Made by a program: the position numbers and the translations under genes | NCBI GenBank assembly: GCA_965279515.1 | Contig: CBDIID010000003.1 | Coordinates: 4,640,001 to 4,704,000, forward strand | Direction of reading: 5' to 3' | Length of the DNA stretch: 64,000 nucleotides | DNA from: Turneriella sp. | GTDB lineage: Bacteria; Spirochaetota; Leptospiria; Turneriellales; Turneriellaceae | Notes under the pieces: generated by a model | The model's database searches: none | What the model was told of the DNA's origin: nothing | Seen by the model: the letters and a program-made list of their open reading frames with translations, nothing else | In this document: positions 47,870 through 58,435 of the stretch, in pieces | How positions within the stretch are numbered: position 1 is the stretch's first letter | Layout of the letters: every line of letters begins with the position of its first letter

Positions 47870-48931
47870 TTAAGCCTCAAGGCCGCTGTTTTCGCTGTTG
47901 CGGATGTCTTCGAAGAGGTAATAGTTCGACAGCAGTATGTCGACGAGTTTTCCTTCGAAGGCAATGCCGCGTTTTTCCCTGAAGAACTCCTGTACCTTTT
48001 CCCGGGGCCAGGCATCCTTATAAACGCGTTTCTCTGTCAGCGCGTCATAGACATCGACGATGCCGACAATGCGCGCGGCAAGCGGACATTCATCGCCCTT
48101 AAGCCCTCCGGGATATCCCTTGCCATCCCAGCGTTCATGGTGCCTGAGCGCCACCGTGTGTGCCATACGCAGCAGGGGATCTTTAGAGCCGCTGAGAATC
48201 TGCCCGCCCAGAACCGGGTGTGTTTTCATGATCTCAAATTCTTCAGGCGTTAAGGGCCCGGGTTTTTTGAGGATTGCATCGGGGATAGCCAGCTTACCGA
48301 TATCGTGGAGCACCGCCGCTTCGCCGAGTTCTTCGGCGAAAGCACCCGGGCAATCGAGCAGATTGGCCATGAGACGGCTGAAACGGCCGATGCGCCTGAT
48401 GTGGCTGCCCGTTTCGATATGGTGGAGATCCGAAGTCATGACGAAGAGACGCGAAAATTCCCGCGCTGTCTCTTTGCTGCCTGTGCGCTCCTGGTCGAGT
48501 TTCATTTTTCTGAGCGCGTACGTGAGCTGTGATTTCAATTCAGGAATACGAAAGGGTTTTTGTACATAACCTACGGCGCCGCGCATGATCGCTTCATCGA
48601 TAATCTGCTCGTGCGTCATGCCGCTGAGAACAATGACATTAACGGGAAGCCTTTCTTCGCGGATGCGCGTCATCAGGTCGAAGCCGTCCATCGCCGGCAT
48701 ATCGAGGTCAGTCAGCACGATAAAAGGAGAGCCAGCTCTCAGTATCTGCAATGCGGCGTTGCCATCGGCTGCTTCAGCGACCTTGCAGCCCCAGGCAGAG
48801 AGCGTCAGGCGGAGGGATTTCCGGATCGCGGCTTCATCGTCGACCACCAAAACCGGTGTCGACGAATATAGCGCTGAAAAAATCTCTGTAGCAGTCCTCG
48901 TTTCTTCCCCGAGGATTTGTGCGATGGTCAT
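47870..48931 (-). CDS. REC + HD-GYP c-di-GMP phosphodiesterase (RpfG-like)
   Basis: VDDE, TDLDMP, ETGSHIRR, LHDIGK, HHERWDGKGYP. Confidence 0.94.
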   Translation of the reverse strand: MTIAQILGEETRTATEIFSALYSSTPVLVVDDEAAIRKSLRLTLSAWGCKVAEAADGNAALQILRAGSPFIVLTDLDMPAMDGFDLMTRIREERLPVNVIVLSGMTHEQIIDEAIMRGAVGYVQKPFRIPELKSQLTYALRKMKLDQERTGSKETAREFSRLFVMTSDLHHIETGSHIRRIGRFSRLMANLLDCPGAFAEELGEAAVLHDIGKLAIPDAILKKPGPLTPEEFEIMKTHPVLGGQILSGSKDPLLRMAHTVALRHHERWDGKGYPGGLKGDECPLAARIVGIVDVYDALTEKRVYKDAWPREKVQEFFREKRGIAFEGKLVDILLSNYYLFEDIRNSENSGLEA

Positions 48932-48960
48932 GGGTTGTATGAAGACTAAATTTCCGGAAA

Positions 48961-49004
48961 GTTCAATTCGCGTATTTACACGACCGGCTTCGTAGATTTA
49001 CCGA
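48961..49004 (-). promoter_or_regulatory. Box + -35 for the HD-GYP gene
   Basis: Minus strand TCGGTAA-at-CTACGAA, 22 bp, TTGAAC. Confidence 0.55.
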
Positions 49005-49040
49005 GGTTTCCGTCGCCAGGGCCGGATTACCTAATTTCCC

Positions 49041-49107
49041 TAGGTATCCCTACCGAGAGGGGGGTGTAGGCCTCACAATTGACTTCGGCGCGATTCCGGG
49101 TTAAAAC
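49041..49107 (+). promoter_or_regulatory. Box + sigma70 promoter for the che operon
   Basis: TAGGTAT-cc-CTACCGA, 22 bp, TTGACT-17-TAAAAC. Confidence 0.7.
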
Positions 49108-49125
49108 CAGCGCATTGGAGGCCAT

Positions 49126-49434
49126 GTGAACTTCTTCAGAAAAACAAACACTGCCTATATTACCCTCGAGCCCCCCGATTTTTCGGTCGCGGCCGCCAAA
49201 CTCTGGAGCAACATGCTCTACACCATGGAAGGGCACAACGTCACGCAGGTGACGGTACGGCTCTACGACGCCAGCGATATTTCATTGCGCACGCTTTCGG
49301 TAGTCATTTCCCTCGGGCTCAAGCTGCAGGGTGATGCGGTGGCCATGGAACTTGAGGCATCGCACCGGATTATCAATATCATCCGCAAGCTGAATCTGGC
49401 GTCGGCATTCACAAGGCTGACAGAGGTTGCCTGA
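49126..49434 (+). CDS. STAS-like small protein
   Basis: GGAGG SD; STAS-like pattern (DASDISLRTLSVVISL...IINIIRKLNLASAF); coupled to cheA. Confidence 0.65.
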   Translation: MNFFRKTNTAYITLEPPDFSVAAAKLWSNMLYTMEGHNVTQVTVRLYDASDISLRTLSVVISLGLKLQGDAVAMELEASHRIINIIRKLNLASAFTRLTEVA

Positions 49435-51890
49435 TGCAAATTAATCTGCGGGAAGTTAAAGAATCGTTCGTCGCGACTTCGCGTGACATTCTGCAGAAAG
49501 CAGAAAGCGTGCTTTTGGAAATGGAGCGCGAAGGCGGTGCGGCACATTTCGCCGAGTTGCTGCGCGCCATCCATACGATTAAAGGTAATGCGGGCATTTT
49601 TGAGCTTGAACCCTTAATTGCCCTGTGCCATGCTTTTGAAACCCGTTTCACCCTGGTACAGGCCTCGGGCGCTGCACCCGAAACCGGCATTATCGACCTG
49701 GGCCTGACGGCCATCGACCGCATGCGCGCGATCATCGCGGCGATGGATGACAAGGAAAAAATCGCGGGGCTCGATAATAACGATCTCATCCATGAGCTCG
49801 AAAATAAGCCAGCCGACCCGGCGGCGAAACAAGGTATTGCGGACGGCAAGGTTCCGGGGCACGGTTTTGACCGCCTGCGTGACAGAACGAGTAAAATCCG
49901 TCTGCCCGAAAAATATTTTAATATAGCCAAGCGCGAGAACCACTACCTGATTTTTCTCGTCATTGACCTGGGTGACCAGGATGCACTTTCCGCGGCGGAT
50001 TTTTTCTCCTCTTTAGCTACACTCCACAAATCGCAGCGCCTCTTGTCGCTGGGCGTCTTGCGTAAGGATTTCCAGGGCGACGCGCCCAAAGGTCCCTTTC
50101 TCCCTTATTTCCTGATTCTGAGCACCACGGAGCGCGCCGAAGAAATCGCCGCGCGACTTAAGGTCAAAATTGTCCTCTTCCATTATTTTCTGCATCCCGA
50201 AGTAAAACAACAAACCAAAACGCCGCACCCCGCCGGTTCACCGCGCGGCGAGCATGTACGTGAAACCCACCTCAAGGTGCATCTCGACCTGCTCAACAGT
50301 CTTATCGACATTACCGGAGAGATCGTGCTGACGCGCAATGCGCTTGTGCGCCGGCTCGATACCGTCGTTGACCAGGGCCTGGCAGCATTCACAAAAAAAC
50401 TCAGCTACCTGGTCACCGATCTGCAGGATAAAGTGATGAAAACCCGCCTGCAGTCGCTCGACGTGCTTTTTCACCGCTTTCCCCGCCTGGTGCGCGAAAC
50501 GGCGCAGCAGACCGCAAAAAAAGCCGAGCTGCGCACCGAAGGCGGCGAGATCGAGATCGACAAGGCCATCATCGATGAAATCGCCGATCCGTTGGTGCAT
50601 ATCATCCGTAACGCGGTTGATCATGGCATCGAAACTCCCGCTGAGCGTATTGCGGCAGGCAAGCATGAAAGCGGTACAGTCGTGCTCACGGCACGCTCGC
50701 GCGAAGGCAACATCGTTATCCGCGTCGCTGACGACGGCCGGGGGCTGGATCCCGAAAATATTAAGGATACCGCCATCCGCAAAGGCCTGATCTCGCGCGA
50801 AGCCGCTGCCGCGGCGACGCCACAGGAAATTACCGAATACCTTTTTCTGCCCGGCTTCAGCACCAAGAACGAAATCACCACGATTTCGGGCCGCGGCGTC
50901 GGTATGGATGTGGTGCGCACCAATATCATGCGCCTCGGCGGTTCGGTGGAGATTTCCGGCGAGCCGGGGAAAGGTTCTGCGATTGTGATCGTGATTCCCC
51001 AGACGCTGTCTATCCTCACCTGTCTCTTGATTGAAATGGGCGGTGCCCGCTTCGTCGTACCGCAGCAGAATATCGTCGAGGTTGTAACGATCGACCCCGC
51101 GCGCCTGAAGAATATCCAGAACAAGGAAGCGTATGAACTGCGTTCGCGCCTCTTGCCGATCGTATCCGGCGCGGAGATGCTGGAACTCGATGGCCCGGCC
51201 CTGACCGCCCCGTATCTCGTCGTGGTGCGCACGGAAAAATATCATTATGGTCTGAAAATTCAGCGCGTGCTGGAGAAAGAAGAAGTTGTCGTGAAAGCCG
51301 TGCCGCAGTTTGGCCAGGACCGCCAGATCTTTGCCGGGGCTGCGATCATGGGCGATGGCACGATCGCACCGATTCTCGACGCGGCGCTGATCGGCAAACA
51401 GGCGGGACTGCAGCCAAACGTTGAAGAAAAAACCACAGGACATGAAACTAAAAAAATTGCCGATGTGGCGCTACGCTATCTGCTCTTCCGCGTACACGAA
51501 CGGAAGGTCGCCTTCCGTATCACATCGCAGCCGCGAATCGAAAGCATCGATCCGGACAAGATAGAAACTGTCGTCAACCGGCGCGTGGTTCATTACCGCA
51601 ACGAAGTCATTCCGATCCTGTCGCTGGATTTCCTCGGCGGGGATCAATCCGCCGTTCTGACCAATCTCATCATCGTTCAGGCAGAGGACCGCCGCTATGG
51701 CATTCTCGCCAGCGAGATCATGGATATTCTGCCCGATAACCTGGCGTTGCGGCGCGAAACCGGCGACCGCAGCGAGATCGAGGGTTATGCGATTCTCGCC
51801 GAAGAAACTGTCATTGTCATCAACCTGGAAACATTAATGCGCGGTGCATATGCCGAACCGGCGCTGCAGATCGCGGGAGCTAACGTATGA
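49434..51890 (+). CDS. cheA: Chemotaxis histidine kinase CheA with an extra C-terminal CheW domain
   Basis: Hpt HTIKG, HIIRNAVDHGIE, DDGRG, PGFST, SGRGVGMDVV; two CheW-like domains. Confidence 0.95.
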   Translation: MQINLREVKESFVATSRDILQKAESVLLEMEREGGAAHFAELLRAIHTIKGNAGIFELEPLIALCHAFETRFTLVQASGAAPETGIIDLGLTAIDRMRAIIAAMDDKEKIAGLDNNDLIHELENKPADPAAKQGIADGKVPGHGFDRLRDRTSKIRLPEKYFNIAKRENHYLIFLVIDLGDQDALSAADFFSSLATLHKSQRLLSLGVLRKDFQGDAPKGPFLPYFLILSTTERAEEIAARLKVKIVLFHYFLHPEVKQQTKTPHPAGSPRGEHVRETHLKVHLDLLNSLIDITGEIVLTRNALVRRLDTVVDQGLAAFTKKLSYLVTDLQDKVMKTRLQSLDVLFHRFPRLVRETAQQTAKKAELRTEGGEIEIDKAIIDEIADPLVHIIRNAVDHGIETPAERIAAGKHESGTVVLTARSREGNIVIRVADDGRGLDPENIKDTAIRKGLISREAAAAATPQEITEYLFLPGFSTKNEITTISGRGVGMDVVRTNIMRLGGSVEISGEPGKGSAIVIVIPQTLSILTCLLIEMGGARFVVPQQNIVEVVTIDPARLKNIQNKEAYELRSRLLPIVSGAEMLELDGPALTAPYLVVVRTEKYHYGLKIQRVLEKEEVVVKAVPQFGQDRQIFAGAAIMGDGTIAPILDAALIGKQAGLQPNVEEKTTGHETKKIADVALRYLLFRVHERKVAFRITSQPRIESIDPDKIETVVNRRVVHYRNEVIPILSLDFLGGDQSAVLTNLIIVQAEDRRYGILASEIMDILPDNLALRRETGDRSEIEGYAILAEETVIVINLETLMRGAYAEPALQIAGANV

Positions 51891-52324
51891 GTATCGAAAC
51901 AGGTGAATATCTTTTGTGGCAATCGGGCGAGCGTGCCTTTGGCCTGGAGCTGCCGCATTGCCGTGAAATCGTCAACGGCGTGGCGCTGACACGACTGCCG
52001 CGAGCGCCGCTGTTTGTACTGGGCCTTGCGAATCTGCGCGGCAACGTCATTTCAGTTCTCGATCTCGAAATTCTGCTCGGTTATAAAAAGACCGCTGCCT
52101 ACCGCAGCGAAACGAATCTGATACGGCTGCGCACAAACGGTTATCCGATAGCGGTCGCTGCCGACAAAATCAGTGATACTGTCTTTCTGACAGAGGTCGA
52201 ACTCGAACGCGCGCCCGCGAACCTGAGCGAAGGCGAAAACAATTTCATCCGTCTGGTGGCAAAACTTCCGGGCGGCATCGTACTTATCCCCGATCTGAAT
52301 TCCATCGCGGCTAAGATTCAATAA
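51887..52324 (+). CDS. cheW: CheW coupling protein
   Basis: LTRLPRAP.FVLGLANLRGNVISVLDL. Confidence 0.92.
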   Translation: MSIETGEYLLWQSGERAFGLELPHCREIVNGVALTRLPRAPLFVLGLANLRGNVISVLDLEILLGYKKTAAYRSETNLIRLRTNGYPIAVAADKISDTVFLTEVELERAPANLSEGENNFIRLVAKLPGGIVLIPDLNSIAAKIQ

Positions 52325-52342
52325 AAAGCATAAGGAGAAACC

Positions 52343-53920
52343 ATGCGCAACAACCAACCCATAACAAACCGGGAAAAACCCATACCACAGGGCGCGACCC
52401 TCGTGTCGAAAACCGACCCTAAGGGGGTCATTATCTATGCGAGTAAAGACTTCAGCGACGTATCGGAGTACGAAAACGACGCAATGGTCGGCGAACCACA
52501 CAACATGGTACGCCACCCGGAGATGCCCCAGGCGGCGTTCGCCGATTTGTGGGAGCGCATCAAGAACGGCAGGCCGTGGCGCGGCATGGTCAAGAACCGC
52601 GCGCGCTCGGGCGACCACTACTGGGTCGAAGCGCAGGTTTCGCCGCAATACAAAAACGGTCGCCTCGCCGGATTTATGTCGGTGCGCCGGCCGCCGACAC
52701 GCGCGCAAGTGGAAGAGGCAGAAAGACTCTATGCGAAACTGAACAAGCAGGGTAAGAACGCACAGGTCGATTCGCGCAGCGGTATCCGTAAATTCCTGAA
52801 CAGGATTCCGATCAGTGTGCGCCTGGCCTTTTTGGTCACCGGATCGATTGCCACGGGTTTGGTTCCCCTCGCGCTCTTCCTTTTGGGCTATCCCGCGATT
52901 TTTATTGTCGGTGCGGGCCTCACCATCGGTGTCTTGAAATTGCCGGTACTGTTGTGGACGCGGGCGAATGTGCTAAAACACGTGAAGCTTGCCAACGAGT
53001 TGCTGAAAGATATGGGCGAGGGCGATTTTACCCGCTCGATCGATATCCGCGACAGCAGTGAGACAGGCCGCGTTCTTGAATCGCTGCAGATCATGAATAC
53101 GAATATCTCCGGCCTGATTTTCCAGATGATTGAAACAGGTAAGGATCTCAACTCCGGAGCAAAAGTACTCGCCGATTCCAGCCAGAATTTGTCCTCCGGG
53201 ATTGAGCAGATCTCACAGCAAACCACCACGATTTCATCAGCGGCGAACCAGATGAACCAGAATCTGCAGGTGGTCTCCAGCGCCGTCGAAGAGATGTCGA
53301 TATCGATCGGCGAAGTGGCCACCAAGGCCTCAGAGGGCGCACGGGTTTCCAAGGAAGCCGCGACGATTGCCGCGGAAACACAGGGCCTGGTACGCGACCT
53401 CGGTAACGGTGCAGAAAATATCGGCAAGGTTATCGAGATCATTGCCAAAATTGCCGAGCAGACAAATATGCTCGCACTCAATGCTTCCATCGAAGCTGCG
53501 GGGGCCGGTGAAGCCGGTAAAGGTTTTGCCGTCGTTGCATCAGAAGTTAAAGAACTGGCGAAACAGACAGCCGCGTCGTCTGAAGATATCAAGAAGCAGA
53601 TCCAGGCAATACAGAAAAGTACAGATGAGACGATTCAGGCGATCGGTAGCATCACCGGCATCATCACACGCGTCAATGAAGGTAATGCCAGCATCGCGTC
53701 CGCAGTCGAAGAGCAATCGATGACGACAAAAGAGATCGCCAGCAATGTTAACCAGATTTCCAGCGCCTCGGGTGAAATCAATAAGAACATTTCCGGTATC
53801 AGTATGGCAGTCACCGATAGCGCGAAAGATGCGCACAAGATATCCGAGTTGTCATCCGGGCTCAAAAAATTGTCCGACTTCCTCTCGGGCACGGTAGAGG
53901 AGTTCAAAGTCATCAAATAA
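52343..53920 (+). CDS. aer: Aer-like PAS methyl-accepting chemoreceptor
   Basis: [32 protein letters not shown]...[23 protein letters not shown]. Confidence 0.9.
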   Translation: MRNNQPITNREKPIPQGATLVSKTDPKGVIIYASKDFSDVSEYENDAMVGEPHNMVRHPEMPQAAFADLWERIKNGRPWRGMVKNRARSGDHYWVEAQVSPQYKNGRLAGFMSVRRPPTRAQVEEAERLYAKLNKQGKNAQVDSRSGIRKFLNRIPISVRLAFLVTGSIATGLVPLALFLLGYPAIFIVGAGLTIGVLKLPVLLWTRANVLKHVKLANELLKDMGEGDFTRSIDIRDSSETGRVLESLQIMNTNISGLIFQMIETGKDLNSGAKVLADSSQNLSSGIEQISQQTTTISSAANQMNQNLQVVSSAVEEMSISIGEVATKASEGARVSKEAATIAAETQGLVRDLGNGAENIGKVIEIIAKIAEQTNMLALNASIEAAGAGEAGKGFAVVASEVKELAKQTAASSEDIKKQIQAIQKSTDETIQAIGSITGIITRVNEGNASIASAVEEQSMTTKEIASNVNQISSASGEINKNISGISMAVTDSAKDAHKISELSSGLKKLSDFLSGTVEEFKVIK

Positions 53921-53930
53921 GCCGATCTGC

Positions 53931-54959
53931 ATGAAGACACAAATACTCATCGTTGACGACTCCGAAGTTTACCGGCTTTTTCTGAGGAAAATTCTCGAAG
54001 CCGAGAGCGACATTGAGGTCGTCTCGGTGGCCTCGAACGGCCGCCTGGCGCTGCCCCGGGTGAATCATTATAAACCCGAGGTCGTGCTGCTGGATTATGA
54101 AATGCCCGAACTCGACGGACTGGCGGCGATTCCCGAAATCAAACGCCTGTCGCCGCATAGCCGCATCATCATGTTTAGCGCGCACACGACGCGCGGCGCC
54201 CGCCTGACGCTGAAGGCGCTCGAGGCAGGCGCCGACGATTTTATCACGAAACCCTCGGGGAACCTGAGCGGTGAGGTTGCAGAGAGTATCCGCCGTGAAC
54301 TGGTTGAGCGCATACGGGCGTTTTCTGCGGCCAGGGTAAAAGCCGCTGCGCCGGTTGCGGTTTCAAAACCCCGGTCAGCGACGGCGAAAAAAAAATTCCG
54401 CTACTGCGCGATTGGTATTTCAACCGGTGGACCGACTGCGCTGCGGCGTATCTTTAAACTGATTCCGAAAAGCATCCATGGCAGCATTTTTGTCGCGCAA
54501 CATATGCCGCCGTTATTTACCGCGCAACTCGCCGAAAGCCTGTCCGAGGAGTCTGAGCTCAAAATTGTCGAAGCTGCCAATGGCATGAGGCCCGAGCCTG
54601 CCTGCGTTTATATCGCTCCCGGCGGCAGGCAGATGAGGCTCGATGCGTCCGACGGGATAAAAATCGTCATTGAAGATGGCGATCCCGGTGAGCTCTGCAA
54701 ACCTTCGGTGAATAATCTCTTCTATTCTCTCGCAGCCCTGGCCCCCGAAAATACGCTGGCGGTCATCATGACAGGCATGGGTGAGGATGGCTACCTGGGT
54801 ATGAAACAGCTTGCCGCGAGCGGCGCCTACCTGATGGCCCAGGCTGAGACCGACTGCGTGATATTTGGCATGCCCGCGAAGCCAGTGCGGGATGGCATCG
54901 TCCATGAAATTCATGCGGCCGAAGAGCTGGCGAGAAAAATAACGGAGTACCTGAGCTGA
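53931..54959 (+). CDS. cheB: Protein-glutamate methylesterase
   Basis: REC domain + GISTGGP, QHMPP, MTGMGEDG. Confidence 0.95.
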   Translation: MKTQILIVDDSEVYRLFLRKILEAESDIEVVSVASNGRLALPRVNHYKPEVVLLDYEMPELDGLAAIPEIKRLSPHSRIIMFSAHTTRGARLTLKALEAGADDFITKPSGNLSGEVAESIRRELVERIRAFSAARVKAAAPVAVSKPRSATAKKKFRYCAIGISTGGPTALRRIFKLIPKSIHGSIFVAQHMPPLFTAQLAESLSEESELKIVEAANGMRPEPACVYIAPGGRQMRLDASDGIKIVIEDGDPGELCKPSVNNLFYSLAALAPENTLAVIMTGMGEDGYLGMKQLAASGAYLMAQAETDCVIFGMPAKPVRDGIVHEIHAAEELARKITEYLS

Positions 54960-55819
54960 TGTCTGATACAGTGATGCCGCAAATTGCGCAGGCGATCAAA
55001 CGCCTGACCGGGCTTCATATCGAGCCCGAAAAATATTATCTTTTCGAACACCGTTTCCCCGAAGTGATGCGCGAATTTGCAATCGCTGACTTCACCGCGT
55101 TGCTTTTGGAAATCCAAAAGGGGATTAACCTCGAATTTATCGGGCGCATTATTGAAAAGATCACCACGCATGAAACGCGATTTTTCCGCGACGAAAGTAT
55201 TTTCGATGCCCTTGCTGAGCAGATTATTCCCGAGTGGAAGGAACGCTCCGCGATTGCCGGTGATACGATTGAATATCCGCCGCTGAAAATCTGGTCAGCA
55301 GCCTGTTCTACGGGGCAGGAAGTATATTCGATCGCCATGATGCTGGCCGAAACGCATCCCTACCTGGTTAAAAAAACGCAGATTCTCGCGACGGACATTT
55401 CCGCTGAATCCGTCGAGCGCGCTTCCAGGGGAGTTTATTCCGAGTTTGAGATCTCGCGCGGTCTTCCGGAGAAATTCCGCAACCGCTATTTTGTCAAAGC
55501 GGCAGGCGGTGGCGCGGTCAACAAGGCAATTTTACCGGCCATGGAATTTCGCGCGATGAACCTGCTGCAGGAGCCTTTTCGTGAAACCTTTGATATCGTT
55601 TTTTGCCGCAACGTCGCCTATTATTTTGCCCCGGATACGCGCATCGAGCTTTTCCGGAAAATGCGCGGGGCCGTGAAAAAAAACGGTGTTTTGGTTCTCG
55701 GTTCCGCCGAATCGCTGGATGGCTCGCTCAGCGACTATGTGCTCCGTGAGTTCGGGCTGGCGCGCTATTACGAGGTGAACAACGAAAATGTAACCATCTT
55801 CGCGCGCCGCCGGGATTAA
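54959..55819 (+). CDS. cheR: Chemotaxis methyltransferase
   Basis: TTHETRFFRD, WSAACSTGQEVYS, ATDIS, FCRNV. Confidence 0.95.
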   Translation: MSDTVMPQIAQAIKRLTGLHIEPEKYYLFEHRFPEVMREFAIADFTALLLEIQKGINLEFIGRIIEKITTHETRFFRDESIFDALAEQIIPEWKERSAIAGDTIEYPPLKIWSAACSTGQEVYSIAMMLAETHPYLVKKTQILATDISAESVERASRGVYSEFEISRGLPEKFRNRYFVKAAGGGAVNKAILPAMEFRAMNLLQEPFRETFDIVFCRNVAYYFAPDTRIELFRKMRGAVKKNGVLVLGSAESLDGSLSDYVLREFGLARYYEVNNENVTIFARRRD

Positions 55820-55864
55820 GAAAAATCGTGGCGACGCCGGGAAAATAGCCTCTTTCATGACATT

Positions 55865-58435
55865 ATGAATCCGCCGGGAATACACGTTGCGACGCTATTC
55901 CTGCTGACTGCGGTAGGTTCCCTCGCGATCAGCCTGTGGCCTCTTGCCTTGCGGCGCGGCCGCCTCGCGCATGTTGAGGGTATGGCATCATGGGCGCTGG
56001 CCTTGCTGCTGTCCGGAGCAGGTTGGACGATCTGGACTCTAATCGCTTTCGGTTTCGCACCTCCATTGGCCGTCAGTATTCTGGCGACATGCCTTTTGGT
56101 TTCTGCCTTGCCCCTGCAACTGCGGGCTTTTTCGCGATTGCTGGGAGCAGAGTTCTCCATCGTGCAGCACGCGGTTTTACTTTCGGTAACCGTGCTGTTA
56201 CTCATTTATTTTGCCTTTTTGTTTCCGAGTCTACCTCTGCGGATAACTGTGTCCTCTTTTTACGCAGCATGGATTGCGGTCTCGCTGATTCGTATTTTCT
56301 TTCGGTTTGGCCATCACGCATCGCGTTCCACTCTGTCGTTACTGAAGGGATTCTATGCTATTTCCTGTATCGCCATGATTGCGCGGGGAGTTATTGCCCT
56401 GGGGCATGTCGATGGGGCGCAGTTGAATATTATGACTCCGGACGTGACGCAGACGATCCTGTTCGTGTTCTTTTTTTTATCCGCCCTGATTCCATCTTTC
56501 GGTTTCATTTCGCTCTGCAACGATATTCATATGGAAAGTATCAGGGAAACCGGTGATCTGCTTGATTTTGCCCTCGATTCCACCGTTGACGCGGTCTGGG
56601 ATTTCAATTTCAGGACGGGCGAGGTTCATTTTTCAAAACGTTGGGAAGAAATGCTCGGTTTCAAGAAGGGCGAACTGCCGGATGATATTAAGAGCTGGGA
56701 GGCGAGGATTCATCCGGAAGATTTGCTTCTGCTGAACGAGGCTTTCTGGCAGTACTCGATCGGCAATGTTCCCGAGTATGAATGCAACCAGCGGATTCTC
56801 GGTAAAAACGGCGAATATGTCTGGGTCAAGGACCGCGGTATCATCGTCAGCCGCGATGAGCTGGGCAACCCCCTGCGTTTTGTCGGTACCATGAAGAACA
56901 TTGACGCCGAAGTGAAACGGAAAGATGATTCTATTAAAAACAATATGTTGCTGGAGAATATTTTCGAAAATTCTCCGGTGGGCATGGTGCTCATGAACAA
57001 AAGCCGGCAAATTATCAAATCGAACACTGCGGCGAGAAAAATGTTTTCGCTGACGCCGGAAGTTTTGGCCTCGCACTCATATGCCCGGCGCCCGGTATTG
57101 ACGCCGGCAGGAGAAGCCGGCAGTAACGATGAAATGCCGTCACGACGCGCATTAGATGCGCCCGGCGTGGTCCAATCGCAGTTTTACGGAATACGCTTCG
57201 AAGATGATTCCGTCCGTTGGTATGCATCGCAGTCCGTTTTTGTTCCGGCGCTCGATTTGATTTTAAGTTATTCGCTCGATCTGACCGATCTCGAGAGTGC
57301 GCGCCTCGCCCTGCATAAGAGCGAAATGAAATTCCGCCAGGTTTTCGACGTCTTACCCGTCGGGGTAAGGTTATTGTCTCGCGATGGCAGCGTGTCTGTG
57401 TTCAACAGCGCAGCCATCGATCACGCCAACATGAATGCCGTGAATTTCAGCAGCGGAGGGCCCCAGGAGTATTCCTTTTATTCCATCGATAATCTGCCGA
57501 TTGAGTTCAAGGATTTTCCGACAGTCAAGGCAGCGCGTGCGGGGGAGGCTTTTCACAATTTTGTTGTGGGCCACGATATTTCAGGGTCGCGGCGTTGGTT
57601 CAATGTCAGTGTCGATCCGATGCCCGATCTGAACCTGTCAGTCTATATGACGGTCGAAATTACGGAGCTTGTCAATTCACGCAACGCCTATGAGGAACTC
57701 AGCCGGAAACTGGAAGAGCGCGTCGCCATGCGTACCTCTGAGCTGGATTTTATAAATAAGGAGCTCGAATCGTTCAGCTATTCGGTTTCGCATGACCTGA
57801 GGGCGCCCCTGACGCGGATCCAGGGTTGGGTTAACGCCTTGGCCGAAGATTTCAGGAACCGGCTGGGGGAAAAAGCGGAGGGCTTTCTCGCGCATATCCG
57901 CACGGAAGTGCTTCGTATGGAGGGCATGATCCGCGCGACCATGGCATTGGCGAAGGCTTCGACGGTTCCGCTGCAGGCAAGCGATATAGATATCAGCGAG
58001 CGCGCCGAGGCGATTGTCGCAGAACTGCGCGATGAATTTCCCGCGTTGCCGATTAGTCTCAGCGTGGACGGTAAGATACACGTACGCGGTGATCAGGCGC
58101 TGATCGACGTGATGCTGCGGAACCTGTTGCACAATGCCGTAAAATTCAGCAGTAAAAAACCGCAGGCGGATATCCACTTTGGTTCGGTTCAGGGCGCGGA
58201 TGATAAAACCGAATATTTCATCGCCGATGCCGGCGCCGGGTTTGATCCGCGTTTTGCCGACAAGCTTTTTGCGCCGTTCCAGCGCCTTCACAGCGAAAAA
58301 GATTTCACCGGTACGGGCATTGGCCTGGCTACAGTCAGGCGGATACTCCATCGCCACGGCGGCATCATCCGTGCGGAATCGGCGCCGGGAAAAGGCACGA
58401 AATTCTTTTTCAGTCTTCCGGGGCTTCAGGAATGA
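55865..58435 (+). CDS. Membrane multi-PAS histidine kinase (HisKA)
   Basis: About 6 TM, 3 PAS, FSYSVSHDLRAPL, NAVKF, GTGIGLA. Confidence 0.93.
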   Translation: MNPPGIHVATLFLLTAVGSLAISLWPLALRRGRLAHVEGMASWALALLLSGAGWTIWTLIAFGFAPPLAVSILATCLLVSALPLQLRAFSRLLGAEFSIVQHAVLLSVTVLLLIYFAFLFPSLPLRITVSSFYAAWIAVSLIRIFFRFGHHASRSTLSLLKGFYAISCIAMIARGVIALGHVDGAQLNIMTPDVTQTILFVFFFLSALIPSFGFISLCNDIHMESIRETGDLLDFALDSTVDAVWDFNFRTGEVHFSKRWEEMLGFKKGELPDDIKSWEARIHPEDLLLLNEAFWQYSIGNVPEYECNQRILGKNGEYVWVKDRGIIVSRDELGNPLRFVGTMKNIDAEVKRKDDSIKNNMLLENIFENSPVGMVLMNKSRQIIKSNTAARKMFSLTPEVLASHSYARRPVLTPAGEAGSNDEMPSRRALDAPGVVQSQFYGIRFEDDSVRWYASQSVFVPALDLILSYSLDLTDLESARLALHKSEMKFRQVFDVLPVGVRLLSRDGSVSVFNSAAIDHANMNAVNFSSGGPQEYSFYSIDNLPIEFKDFPTVKAARAGEAFHNFVVGHDISGSRRWFNVSVDPMPDLNLSVYMTVEITELVNSRNAYEELSRKLEERVAMRTSELDFINKELESFSYSVSHDLRAPLTRIQGWVNALAEDFRNRLGEKAEGFLAHIRTEVLRMEGMIRATMALAKASTVPLQASDIDISERAEAIVAELRDEFPALPISLSVDGKIHVRGDQALIDVMLRNLLHNAVKFSSKKPQADIHFGSVQGADDKTEYFIADAGAGFDPRFADKLFAPFQRLHSEKDFTGTGIGLATVRRILHRHGGIIRAESAPGKGTKFFFSLPGLQE

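Noticed and set aside
49102..49128. Sigma28 promoter for the che operon
   Set aside because: TAAA is present but the -10 (GCCATGTG) matches GCCGATAA poorly and overlaps the start codon; the sigma70-like -35 fits better
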